A stretch of 49,853 nucleotides of DNA. It comes from Myxococcota bacterium. GTDB lineage: Bacteria > Myxococcota_A > UBA796 > CAJQPC01. Position 1 is the first letter of the stretch. Each line of letters opens with the position of its first letter. Where the stretch lies: positions 1-49,853 of the forward strand of contig JAZAMN010000013.1 in the NCBI GenBank assembly GCA_036229005.1, in the 5' to 3' direction. Below the pieces are notes generated by a model that saw only the letters and a program-made list of their open reading frames with translations, did no database searches and was not told where the DNA came from. This document shows, one piece after another, positions 17,068 through 25,527 of this stretch. The position numbers and the translations under genes are program-made.

Positions 17068-17856
17068 TCAGAGCTGTCCCGGGGTGACCTCGCCTGCGGA
17101 CTCCAGCTCCATGCGCTCTGCGGGGGAGAAGAGCCCGTCGGTGAGCTCGGATTCGGGGCTGCCCAGATCCTCCTCCCCGGCGAGCTGGACGCTGTCCATC
17201 AGCACGGGGTGGCGCAGACGGTCGCCGATCTGCAGGGCCTCCACGTCCAGGTTGGGGTTGTAGGCGGCCAGGACCCAGACGGGGATGCCCAGATCCTTGG
17301 ACAGGCCCCAGGTGGACTCGCCGGAGCGCACGCGCAGCTCGCTGACCCCGGCCACGCCCCCGTGCGCGGTGTGGAAGTTGGCCAGGCGGCGCTCGAGCCA
17401 GGCGTTCCGCGCCTGCTGCAGGGGGGTGTCGTCGGCGACGGGGACCACCAGGATCTGTCCGGGGTAGAGGGGCTCGCGGGGGTCCAGCTCGGGGTTGGCG
17501 TCGATCAGCAGGTCGACGGGGAGCTCGGCCCACTCGGCAATCAACACGAGGTTCTCGTTGTGGCGGACCTGGAGCTCGAAGGAGCCGGCGTGCTCCTCCA
17601 CGTCCTCGCCCTCCAGGGGCTGGTCCAGGGAGGCGCTGACGCCGCCGGTGTCCGTGGCGGGGGTCTCCAGGATCTCCGCGAGCTGCTCCAGGGCCTCGCT
17701 GGAGTCCGCGCTGCCCAGCTCACCGCTGAGCGTTTCGGCCTGCAGGGACGCGGTGGACGCATCCGGGACCGCCTCGGGGCTGCGGTTGTGCTCCTGACAG
17801 GCCACGAGGGCCAGCAGGGACAGTGCGATGCCGATGCCAGTGGGGATGCGCTGCAT
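17068..17856 (-). CDS. LysM-domain lipoprotein
   Basis: LALVAC lipobox. Two LysM-like repeats (VRHNENLVLIA..ANP..LYPGQILVVP and VRSGESTWGLS..YNP..LQIGDRL). AAGGAG RBS. Confidence 0.85.
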   Translation of the reverse strand: MQRIPTGIGIALSLLALVACQEHNRSPEAVPDASTASLQAETLSGELGSADSSEALEQLAEILETPATDTGGVSASLDQPLEGEDVEEHAGSFELQVRHNENLVLIAEWAELPVDLLIDANPELDPREPLYPGQILVVPVADDTPLQQARNAWLERRLANFHTAHGGVAGVSELRVRSGESTWGLSKDLGIPVWVLAAYNPNLDVEALQIGDRLRHPVLMDSVQLAGEEDLGSPESELTDGLFSPAERMELESAGEVTPGQL

Positions 17857-17902
17857 TGTGTTGCTCCTTTCCAAGGGTCCGGGAGTGGACGCTGGACAAG
17901 AG

Positions 17903-17919
17903 AGCAAGGCGCGTGCCAG
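17903..17919 (-). promoter_or_regulatory. sigma54 -24/-12 promoter for the LysM lipoprotein gene
   Basis: Minus strand CTGGCACGCGCCTTGCT is a full match to YTGGCACG-N4-TTGCW, about 47 bp upstream of the ATG. Confidence 0.75.
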
Positions 17920-18048
17920 CTTTTGATGGCCATTTCAGGCGGGTTTGGGGCCTCTTGATTGCGGGGCGTACACGAAAAGTAGCAACATGGTCTTCGCGCG
18001 CGTCCTCGCCGGGGCAAATACCGAGCCCACCCCGGCGTACCCTGGGCC

Positions 18049-19446
18049 ATGCCTCCCTTTGTTCGCCACATCGAGGGCCACACGCTCACCCTGGACGCCG
18101 GCCCCACCGCCTGGCTGTGGGTGTTGGTCGCGCTGCTCCCGCTCACCTGGGTGGTGCTCGTGGCGGCCTCCGAGCGCAGCGGCCTGCGGGAGGACTGGCG
18201 CCAGCTCTTGCGTGGAGGCGTCGCTGGGCTGGGCCTCATCATCGGTCTGAGCTGGCTGCTGCGGGATGCCCCGGCGGGCAGCGTGGCCCGCTACTTCCCC
18301 GACGCCTACCGCCCCGCGCAGCTCGCGCTCTTTCTGGGCGGCTTCACCTGTGTGCTGCTCGCCACCGAGCTCTTTCTGCGCGCTGGCACCCCCAAGGAAG
18401 CGCCGCGCCCCGTGCTCCTGGATCTGCCCTTCGTCCTGGCCCTCGGGGCGGGCAGCGTCTGGCTGGGGCACCAGCGCCTCCAGGTCCTGGACAGCGTCGA
18501 GGCCATCCCCCAGGTCGCCAAGGTCCAGGGCTGCGAGGCCGTCCAGCAGTTCACGGACTGCGCGCCGGAGCTCACCCTCTACCAGATGGGCGTGAAGACC
18601 CCGTACCGCGGCGCCCTGGGGCTCGTCCCCCGCTGGGACGACATGCGCCCGGTCTCGTTCGCCGAGGACTACCAAGGCAACGGCTGGACCGACCTGCGCG
18701 GCTGGACCATCCCTCCCGTCCAGGTCGACGGCCGGCGCCCCGGGCAGGTCCGGGTGCAGTGGACCGCCAGCAACGGCCCCCTCCAGGTGCGCACCACCCT
18801 GGGCCCCTTCTCGGTGTACGGCGCGCAGGGCGACCCCCGGCTGGCCCTCGCGCCCCAGACCCGCTTCACCTACGTCAGCTACCGCCGGTACCGCCGCCGC
18901 GTGCGCTTCCTCCGCACGGAGCAGTCCACCGGCCAGTGGGCCGACACGCGCATCCAGGTGCTCTCGCCCATCCAGGTGGGCGCCTACCAGGTGCTCCCCT
19001 TGGCGGTCCAGCGCGGCGAGGGCCCCGTCGAGGATGGCGTGCACGTCACCGAGATCGACGGGGAGACGAGGTGGGGGGATGGCCCTGATGGCATCGCGGC
19101 CCACCTCTCCGCTGGCCGGACCCAAGCGCGCCGGGCGCTGCTGCTCTCCGCAGACGAGGACACCGAGGGCCTGATCGCCTGCGAGAGCCCCGTCGTCCCT
19201 GGGGACTGGGAGTGCCTCTGCGACCTGAACGCCCCCGCGGGTCAGGAGCTGGTCCCCGTGCACTGCGGCCACAGCTTGCGACACGGGCTGGGGGAGACCC
19301 TGCTCATGGGCGCCCTGAACCTGTTCACGCTGGGGGCCGTTGGCGGCCTGCCGGAGGTCAGCTACCGGCACACCCTGGAGTCGGTGGAGCTGGGCGCGGA
19401 CCCGCTGGTGGCGCCGGAGCCCGAGGCCCCGGCCAGGGGCCCCTGA
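18049..19446 (+). CDS. hypothetical membrane protein
   Basis: About four N-terminal TM helices and a soluble C-terminal region, no recognised family. Confidence 0.6.
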   Translation: MPPFVRHIEGHTLTLDAGPTAWLWVLVALLPLTWVVLVAASERSGLREDWRQLLRGGVAGLGLIIGLSWLLRDAPAGSVARYFPDAYRPAQLALFLGGFTCVLLATELFLRAGTPKEAPRPVLLDLPFVLALGAGSVWLGHQRLQVLDSVEAIPQVAKVQGCEAVQQFTDCAPELTLYQMGVKTPYRGALGLVPRWDDMRPVSFAEDYQGNGWTDLRGWTIPPVQVDGRRPGQVRVQWTASNGPLQVRTTLGPFSVYGAQGDPRLALAPQTRFTYVSYRRYRRRVRFLRTEQSTGQWADTRIQVLSPIQVGAYQVLPLAVQRGEGPVEDGVHVTEIDGETRWGDGPDGIAAHLSAGRTQARRALLLSADEDTEGLIACESPVVPGDWECLCDLNAPAGQELVPVHCGHSLRHGLGETLLMGALNLFTLGAVGGLPEVSYRHTLESVELGADPLVAPEPEAPARGP

Positions 19447-19986
19447 CTACTGCTCGGCGCGGGCGCGGATGCCCTGGATCTGCTCGGGCAGGTTGTTCTC
19501 CAGCAGCGCCTTCTTGATGAACGCCGGCCCCGAGTCGGGCACGTCCACCCGGTAGTACAGCCGGCTGGCCCCCATCTTGAGGGGCACGGCGTGGTAGCTG
19601 CCCGCGCTCCCGGAGATGTCGTTGTCCTGCGTGTCGTCGGTGTAGTAGCGGACGTAGTGGTTGGCGCTGTCGATCTCGTAGATCAGGTTCATCGCCGCGT
19701 CGAAGCCCATCAGCGACAGGTCGTAGCGCACCGCCTTCTTCTCGGCGGTGTCCTGGTACAGCGTCACCTTCTCGATGGAGCCCACCTCGTCCTTGCGGGC
19801 CTCCACGTCGAGCACGGCCGCGATGACCTCGCTCGGGGGCGCGGCGACGTCGATGACGGCCAGCACAGAGTCCTGGGTGGTGCGCACGACCGGCTTGCGG
19901 GCCGCGAGCGTGGCCTCCTCCGACTCCGTGAGCGTCGGGGCGGTGGGCGGCGTCAGGGCGAGCAGCAGGGTCAGGATGCCGAGCAT
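19447..19986 (-). CDS. secreted SRPBCC/START-like protein
   Basis: Signal peptide, AVIDVAAPPSEV start of the fold, C-terminal helix, GGAGG RBS. Confidence 0.6.
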   Translation of the reverse strand: MLGILTLLLALTPPTAPTLTESEEATLAARKPVVRTTQDSVLAVIDVAAPPSEVIAAVLDVEARKDEVGSIEKVTLYQDTAEKKAVRYDLSLMGFDAAMNLIYEIDSANHYVRYYTDDTQDNDISGSAGSYHAVPLKMGASRLYYRVDVPDSGPAFIKKALLENNLPEQIQGIRARAEQ

Positions 19987-20040
19987 GGAACCTCCGGGCC
20001 CTGTTTAGCACTTTGGGGGCCGGGTCTCTTCCGGATCCGG

Positions 20041-20300
20041 GAGGCTACCGGGGCTGAGTGAGCGGGGAGGGGTGGCTACGGGGTGCGAATGAGCGAGTTT
20101 CTGAGGCTACGGGGTCTCAGTGAGCGTTTTGTCCACCGATTCGGCCCTGAAAGCCGGGATTTTGGCGTTCTGGCGGCCGTCTGACCCGAAATCCGCCCAG
20201 ATCGGTCGCCTGATCGCTCACCGAGCAGGCGTAGCCTCAGCGAAGCGCTCATCCAGAGGCCCTAGCCACCCCCAACGCGTCACTCACCCCCCGTAGCCAC
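20041..20300. repeat. symmetric element: three direct plus three inverted 24-bp repeats at 31-bp period
   Basis: Units start at 20041, 20072, 20103 (GWGGCTACSGGG..TGAGCG). Reverse-complement units start at 20215, 20246, 20277. Confidence 0.85.
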
Positions 20301-20320
20301 CAAAACCAACCCGAAACCGA

Positions 20321-20372
20321 CCCCTGACCCCTGATACCCGATACCTGACCCCCGATACCTGACCCCGACCCC
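20321..20372 (-). repeat. heptamer tract (GGTATCR/GGGGTCA) after the MATE stop
   Basis: cccctgacccctgatacccgatacctgacccccgatacctgaccccgacccc. Confidence 0.8.
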
Positions 20373-20376
20373 TGCC

Positions 20377-21726
20377 TCAGACCTCCAACTCCAACCACCG
20401 CCCCCGAATCAACGCCGCGCTCTTGAGCCCCGCCTTCACCCAGGTGCTCAGGTTGATGGCCCACCAGACGCCCGCCGCGCCCATCTCCAGGGGGAAGGCC
20501 AGCGCCCAGGCCAGCGGCACCCGCGTCAGGTTCAGGGGGACGGAGAGCCAGGTCACGGTCTTGGTGTCGCCGGCGCCCAGCAGCGCGCCCTCGCTGAGGC
20601 TCTCCCAGGACACGGTGAGCTGGGAGAAGGCCAGGATCATCGCGTAGCGGGTGGCCTCGCGGTGGACCTCGGGGTCCTGGGTGAACAGGCCGGTGAGGAA
20701 GGCGCCGCCAAAGTAGAAGGCGAGGGAGGCTGCGAGGCCAAGCCCGGTCATGACCGGGGCTGCGAGCTTCACCGCCCGGATGGCGCCCTGTCTGTCCCCT
20801 GCGCCCAGGCTGCGTCCCACCAGCGAGGACAGGGCCAGGCTGAGTCCGTAGAAGCAGGGCCAGGTGAAGCCTTCCAGGGCGGAGAAGCCGATCCCCAGCG
20901 CGGCGTTCACGTTGGGACCCAGGGGGGAGATGGTGGTGCGCAGCATCACCCAGTAGACCGCCGCGTACAGGAACACGCTCAGGGCGGCGGGGCTGCCGAT
21001 CTGCAGGACGCGGCGCAGCTCGGGGCCGGGGCGCACATCGCGCCAGGACACGCCGGTCTCGCGCATCAGCAGCCAGAGGCCCAGGCCCGTGGCCAGCAGC
21101 CGCGAGAGGTTGGAGGCGTAGGCCGCGCCAGCCACCCCCAGGCCCAGGCCGGCGAGCTCTCCGCCCCAGGCGACGCCCGGGTTGTCGAGCATCATCCAGG
21201 GGGTGAGCACGATGTTCACGGCCAGCGAGACGCCCTGCAGCACCATGGGCAGGCGGGTGTTGCCCATGGACACCGAGCACTGGTCCACCAGGGGTGTCAG
21301 GGAGAGGGGGAGGGCGGTCAGACAGATGGCGCGCAGGTAGGCCGCGCAGTGTTGGGCGGTCGCGCCGTCCAGGCCCAGTGTCTGGGCGATGGGGTCGGCT
21401 GCGAGCCAGCCCACGGCAGCGATCCCGGCGGCCACGAGCAGGGCCAGAAACAGCGAGGAGCCCACGGCCTGGCGCCGGCGCTCGGGATCCTGGGCGCCTG
21501 TGGCCCGCGCGACGATGGGACCTGCCCCCGCCGAGGCGAACTGGAAGGTCGAGTACAGCGCGATCAGCACGAACACGCTGGAGCCGATCGCGGCCTGGGC
21601 CTCCGTGCTCAGGTGCTGCACCCAGTACTGATCGACGCTGCGGTAGGCGTTGGTCAGCACGACGAAGGCCATGCTGGGCAGGGCCAGAGAGAGGAGCGCG
21701 CGGAGGGTCAGCGGCGGCACCGCCAC
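20377..21726 (-). CDS. MATE family efflux transporter
   Basis: LALPSM..VDQYWV, GNTRLPM, GVAGAAYA, GAGDTK, about 12 TM. Start is GTG 21726 or 21720, or ATG 21741. Confidence 0.92.
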   Translation of the reverse strand: MAVPPLTLRALLSLALPSMAFVVLTNAYRSVDQYWVQHLSTEAQAAIGSSVFVLIALYSTFQFASAGAGPIVARATGAQDPERRRQAVGSSLFLALLVAAGIAAVGWLAADPIAQTLGLDGATAQHCAAYLRAICLTALPLSLTPLVDQCSVSMGNTRLPMVLQGVSLAVNIVLTPWMMLDNPGVAWGGELAGLGLGVAGAAYASNLSRLLATGLGLWLLMRETGVSWRDVRPGPELRRVLQIGSPAALSVFLYAAVYWVMLRTTISPLGPNVNAALGIGFSALEGFTWPCFYGLSLALSSLVGRSLGAGDRQGAIRAVKLAAPVMTGLGLAASLAFYFGGAFLTGLFTQDPEVHREATRYAMILAFSQLTVSWESLSEGALLGAGDTKTVTWLSVPLNLTRVPLAWALAFPLEMGAAGVWWAINLSTWVKAGLKSAALIRGRWLELEV

Positions 21727-21739
21727 GCTATAGCGCCTC

Positions 21740-22516
21740 ATGGCCTCGCCGACCCCAAGCTCGCGTGCGACCCCCAGCAGCGCGCTGTTCACCGCCGCGA
21801 TCTCCTTCGCCATCATGCTGGTGGCGGGCGCCTTGCTGGGCGTGGTGATGGGCGCGCTGGGGATAGAGGACACGCCGACGCTGATGGCCATCGTCCTGCC
21901 GCTTCAGGGTGTCCTCGTCGGGGCCTTTGTGGTCGCCCGGGCGATGAACACCCAGCAGGGGGCGCGGTGGACCCTGGCGCTCCAGCGCGGTCGACGGCAG
22001 GCCCTCCTCCTGCTGATCCTCCCGGCCGGCCTGGTGAGCGACGCCTTCCTGCAGTGGGGGCTGGAGCACCTCACCCGCTTGAACACCGGCCAGCTCGCCC
22101 TGATGTCCGAGGCCCTGGACACCCAGGGCTGGCGCCAGTGGAGCATGCTCCTGGGCACCGTCCTGGTCGCCCCGCTGTACGAGGAGCTGCTGTTCCGCGG
22201 CTACGTCTTCCGGGGCTTCTCCCGCCACTCCACGTTGGCGGCGGTGGGCGGCTCGGCGCTGCTCTTTGCCGGCTTCCACGGCGACCCGCTCCACGCGCTG
22301 GGCGTGCTCCCCCTGGGGCTGGCGCTGTCGTGGATCCGCTGGCGCACCGAGGCGCTCTGGCCCGCGATCCTGGCCCACATGCTCAACAACTGCATCTGGG
22401 CCGTCGTGGGGCTGCTGGGCCTGGAGTGGTCCGTGGGGCCAATGCATGGCCTGGCGGGGCTCGGGGCCTGCGCGGCCATCGTCCTGGCGGGGGAGTGGGC
22501 GGCCCGCAGAGGCTGA
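21740..22516 (+). CDS. CPBP/CAAX (Abi) intramembrane metalloprotease
   Basis: APLYEELLFRG, FAGFH, AHMLNN. Confidence 0.9.
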   Translation: MASPTPSSRATPSSALFTAAISFAIMLVAGALLGVVMGALGIEDTPTLMAIVLPLQGVLVGAFVVARAMNTQQGARWTLALQRGRRQALLLLILPAGLVSDAFLQWGLEHLTRLNTGQLALMSEALDTQGWRQWSMLLGTVLVAPLYEELLFRGYVFRGFSRHSTLAAVGGSALLFAGFHGDPLHALGVLPLGLALSWIRWRTEALWPAILAHMLNNCIWAVVGLLGLEWSVGPMHGLAGLGACAAIVLAGEWAARRG

Positions 22517-22526
22517 GCCACCCAGG

Positions 22527-22565
22527 CGGAGTCCCCGAGACGGAGTCCCCGAGACGGAGTCCCCG
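22527..22565. repeat. 14-bp tandem repeat (CGGAGTCCCCGAGA x2.8)
   Basis: Seen 10 bp after the CPBP stop. Confidence 0.8.
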
Positions 22566-22601
22566 GAGCGCCTCAAGGCGGCGGGCCCAGGTCCGAATCA
22601 A

Positions 22602-22654
22602 TGGACAGACCCGGAATGTCGTGGCTATGCTCTAAACACTGACGGGTCTGTCAG
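22602..22654 (+). promoter_or_regulatory. sigma70-like promoter with overlapping inverted-repeat operator
   Basis: TGGACA(22602)-N18-TATGCT(22626). GACAGACCCG(22604-13) and CGGGTCTGTC(22643-52) form a perfect inverted pair. CTGAC-N6-GTCAG at 22639-54. Confidence 0.5.
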
Positions 22655-22671
22655 AATGTTGAGGAGTCGCC

Positions 22672-23247
22672 ATGATCGGTCTACCCATCGCCTGGGCCTA
22701 CGGCCACGTCATCGAGTGGGGCATCCACAAGTACGTGCTCCACGGCGCCGGCAAGAAGCGGGACAACTTCTGGTCCTTCCACTTCTTTGACCACCACCGC
22801 AGCGCGCGGACCAAGAACATGGACGACGCCATCTACCGGGGCTCGCCGCTGCAGTGGAACCCCGCTGGCAAGGAGCTCTTGGGCCTGGGCCTGCTCGGCG
22901 CCGCCCACCTGCCGCTGGCCCCCGTGGCTCCCTGGTTCGTGTTCGGGCTGGGCCTCTCCGGGCTCAGCTACTACCGCAAGCACAAGCGCAGCCACCTGGA
23001 TCTGGAGTGGTGCCGGCGGGAGCTGCCCTGGCACTACGACCACCACATGGGCCCCAACCAGGACGCCAACTGGGGCGTGCGCCGGGACTGGGTGGACCGG
23101 CTGATGGGCACCCGCGAGCCCTACATGGGCAGCGAGAAGGAGGCCCGCGACTACGCCCGCCGACAGGCCCGCCTGGCCAAGGAGGCCGCGCACCGGGAGT
23201 CCCTCAAGAATGCGCAGCCCGAGCGCACTTCCGACAAGGCCGCCTGA
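22672..23247 (+). CDS. fatty-acid hydroxylase/sterol desaturase superfamily protein
   Basis: His boxes HKYVLH, HFFDHH, HKRSH, HYDHH and ANWGV. GAGGAG RBS. Confidence 0.8.
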   Translation: MIGLPIAWAYGHVIEWGIHKYVLHGAGKKRDNFWSFHFFDHHRSARTKNMDDAIYRGSPLQWNPAGKELLGLGLLGAAHLPLAPVAPWFVFGLGLSGLSYYRKHKRSHLDLEWCRRELPWHYDHHMGPNQDANWGVRRDWVDRLMGTREPYMGSEKEARDYARRQARLAKEAAHRESLKNAQPERTSDKAA

Positions 23248-23271
23248 GCGCGCGGGGGTTAGATCCTCCGC

Positions 23272-24279
23272 ATGATTGCAGACCCCGACGCGCCCGCCTC
23301 GTTGGAGGATGGGCTGTTCGGACTCGGCGCAGATCCCGGGTCCACCGCTGTCACCGTGATCCCTGTCCCCTGGCAGGCGACCACCTCGTTCCGGCGAGGC
23401 ACTGCGCAGGCCCCCCAGGCCGTTCTGGAGGCCAGCCTGCAGGTCGATCTGCACGACCGGGTCACCGGGGACGCGTACTTGAAGGGCATCGCCATGCTGC
23501 CCATGCCCACCCAGAGCTGGGACGCGCGCGCCGAGGCCGACGCCCTTTCGGTGATCGCGGCCGGCGGGGTCCACACCCAACAGCTCCAGGCCGCCGCCGA
23601 GCGGGTGGACGCGATCGGCGAGCAGCTGCGCCAGTGGGTGTTCGATCAGGCCCAGGGGGTCCTCGCGCGCGGGGGGATTCCTGCGGTATTGGGCGGCGAC
23701 CACTCCAGCCCCCTGGGGTGCATCCAGGCGGTCGGCGAGCAAGGTCCCTTCGGCATCCTCCACATCGACGCCCACGCGGACCTGCGGGTGGCCTACGAGG
23801 GCTTCGAGGGCAGCCACGCCAGCATCATGAACCGGGTGCTGGACTCCGTGCCCACCCTGGAGCGCCTGGTGCAGGTGGGTATCCGGGACCTGGGGCAGGC
23901 CGAGGCCGCGCGCATCGAGTCCGAGCGCCGAATCGCCTGCTTCTACGACGCGGATCTGAGCTGGGCGCGCGCCTCCGGGGCCACTTGGGTCGAGCAGGCC
24001 CGCCGCGTGGTCTCGCTGCTGCCCCAGCGGGTCTACCTGAGCGTGGACATCGACGGCCTGCAGCCGGATCTGTGCCCCAACACCGGCACCCCCGTCCCGG
24101 GCGGCCTGGACTGGGAGCAGTTCACCATCCTGCTGCGCGTGCTCCAGGACAGCGGCCGGCAGGTCGTCGGCTTCGATCTCTGCGAGGTCGGCGCCCAGCA
24201 GTGGGACGCCATCGTGGGCGCCCGCGTGCTCTACCGCCTGGCCTGTCACGCCATCCTGAGCCAGCCCAGCGGCGCGTAG
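23272..24279 (+). CDS. agmatinase/arginase family ureohydrolase
   Basis: GGDHS, HIDAHADLR, VGIRD, SVDIDGL..PNTGTPVPGG. Confidence 0.92.
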   Translation: MIADPDAPASLEDGLFGLGADPGSTAVTVIPVPWQATTSFRRGTAQAPQAVLEASLQVDLHDRVTGDAYLKGIAMLPMPTQSWDARAEADALSVIAAGGVHTQQLQAAAERVDAIGEQLRQWVFDQAQGVLARGGIPAVLGGDHSSPLGCIQAVGEQGPFGILHIDAHADLRVAYEGFEGSHASIMNRVLDSVPTLERLVQVGIRDLGQAEAARIESERRIACFYDADLSWARASGATWVEQARRVVSLLPQRVYLSVDIDGLQPDLCPNTGTPVPGGLDWEQFTILLRVLQDSGRQVVGFDLCEVGAQQWDAIVGARVLYRLACHAILSQPSGA

Positions 24280-24285
24280 TCGCGG

Positions 24286-24349
24286 CTGTCGCAGATTGGG
24301 CCTGTCGCATGTTGATCCTGCGACAGATTGGGCCTGTCACAGAGTGCGC
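24286..24349. repeat. four 16-bp imperfect tandem units upstream of the LRR-like lipoprotein
   Basis: ctgtcgcagattgggc / ctgtcgcatgttgatc / ctgcgacagattgggc / ctgtcacagagtgcgc. Confidence 0.75.
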
Positions 24350-24384
24350 CCGCGCAGCGTAGGGGCCTGTCATCGGGAGGTTCC

Positions 24385-25518
24385 GTGCTGCTGCTCTGTT
24401 CGCTGTGTGTGTCATCGCTGCTCGCCTGCGGGAGGGGGGAGCAGCAGCCGGATCCCGACGACACGGGGGAGCCCACCGACACCCAATCGGGGGACCTGGA
24501 CAGCGACGGGGACGGGGTGCGCGCCAGCGAGGACTGTGATGACCAGGACGCCAGCGTCTGGCAGGACGGCGAGCTGGAGAGCCTGGACAGCCAGGACGGC
24601 CTGAGCGGCGTCTGCGACAGCTACTGCGCGCTCCAGATCACTGGAAACGTCCAGCTCCGGGACGCCACGGACGCCGACCTGGAGGCGCTCTCCTGCGTCA
24701 CGGCCATCGGTGGGGACCTGTGGATTCGGGACGCCGCCGCGGTCACCACGCTCGCGCCCCTGGGCGGCCTGCAGAGCATCGGGGACGCCCTGATCATCGA
24801 GCAGGCGCAGCTCCAGGATCTGGGGAAGCTGGCCGCCCTCACGGACCTGCACGGCCTCATCCTGCGGGAGATGGACAGCTTCAACAGCCTGCAGGCGGTC
24901 GCGGGCTTCGGGCTGCGGGGGGACCTGCAGGTCTACGATCTCCCCGCGCTGGCCTCGATCGAGGGGGTCGATGGGGCCCTCCAGATCTCCGACTTCACCC
25001 TCTCGGGCACCGGGGTGAGCAGCCTGCAGCCCCTCTCGGGGCTGAGCCTGGGCAGCGTCGAGCTGATCGACAACGCAGTCGAGGACCTGTCGGGCCTGGA
25101 GCACATCGATCACCTGGAGGTGCTCCGCATCGAGTCCGAGGCGGTCACCAGCCTCACGCCCCTCTCCAAGCTCACCGAGGTCGAGCGCATGACCCTCCAG
25201 GATCTGACGCTGGGCTCCCTGTCGGGCCTGGAGTCGCTGGCCTTCGTCGAGCAGCGCCTGCTGATCACCGGGGTCTCTGGGGTCTCGGATCTGAACGGCC
25301 TCTCGGGCCTGCGGGTCGTGGGCACGGACGCCTCGGGCATCGACTCCCTGGACATCGTGGACCTGCCGGATCTCGAGTACCTGGGCGGCCTCCACAGCCT
25401 GGAGGAGGTCATCGGCACCGTGTCCGTGGCCCAGTGCCCCCAGGTGAGCCAGGCGGAGCGCGAGGCCCTGGAGGACGCCCTCGAGGGCAAGGTCAGCGAG
25501 GGCCTGTACTGGAACTGA
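24385..25518 (+). CDS. leucine-rich-repeat/receptor-L-domain-like lipoprotein
   Basis: GGAGG then GTG, LLAC lipobox, DSDGDG..DCDD motif, repeated LxxLxGLxxLxxI units. Confidence 0.75.
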   Translation: MLLLCSLCVSSLLACGRGEQQPDPDDTGEPTDTQSGDLDSDGDGVRASEDCDDQDASVWQDGELESLDSQDGLSGVCDSYCALQITGNVQLRDATDADLEALSCVTAIGGDLWIRDAAAVTTLAPLGGLQSIGDALIIEQAQLQDLGKLAALTDLHGLILREMDSFNSLQAVAGFGLRGDLQVYDLPALASIEGVDGALQISDFTLSGTGVSSLQPLSGLSLGSVELIDNAVEDLSGLEHIDHLEVLRIESEAVTSLTPLSKLTEVERMTLQDLTLGSLSGLESLAFVEQRLLITGVSGVSDLNGLSGLRVVGTDASGIDSLDIVDLPDLEYLGGLHSLEEVIGTVSVAQCPQVSQAEREALEDALEGKVSEGLYWN

Positions 25519-25527
25519 GGGGCCGGC

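Noticed and set aside
20041..20126. CRISPR or simple VNTR reading of the 31-bp units
   Set aside because: Gaps between units are only 7 bp, and the units are mirrored by inverted copies.
20002..22638. TGTTTAG ... CTAAACA as Tn7-like termini around MATE/CPBP
   Set aside because: Only 7 bp match, no internal repeats at the right end and no target duplication. Both sites lie in promoter regions.
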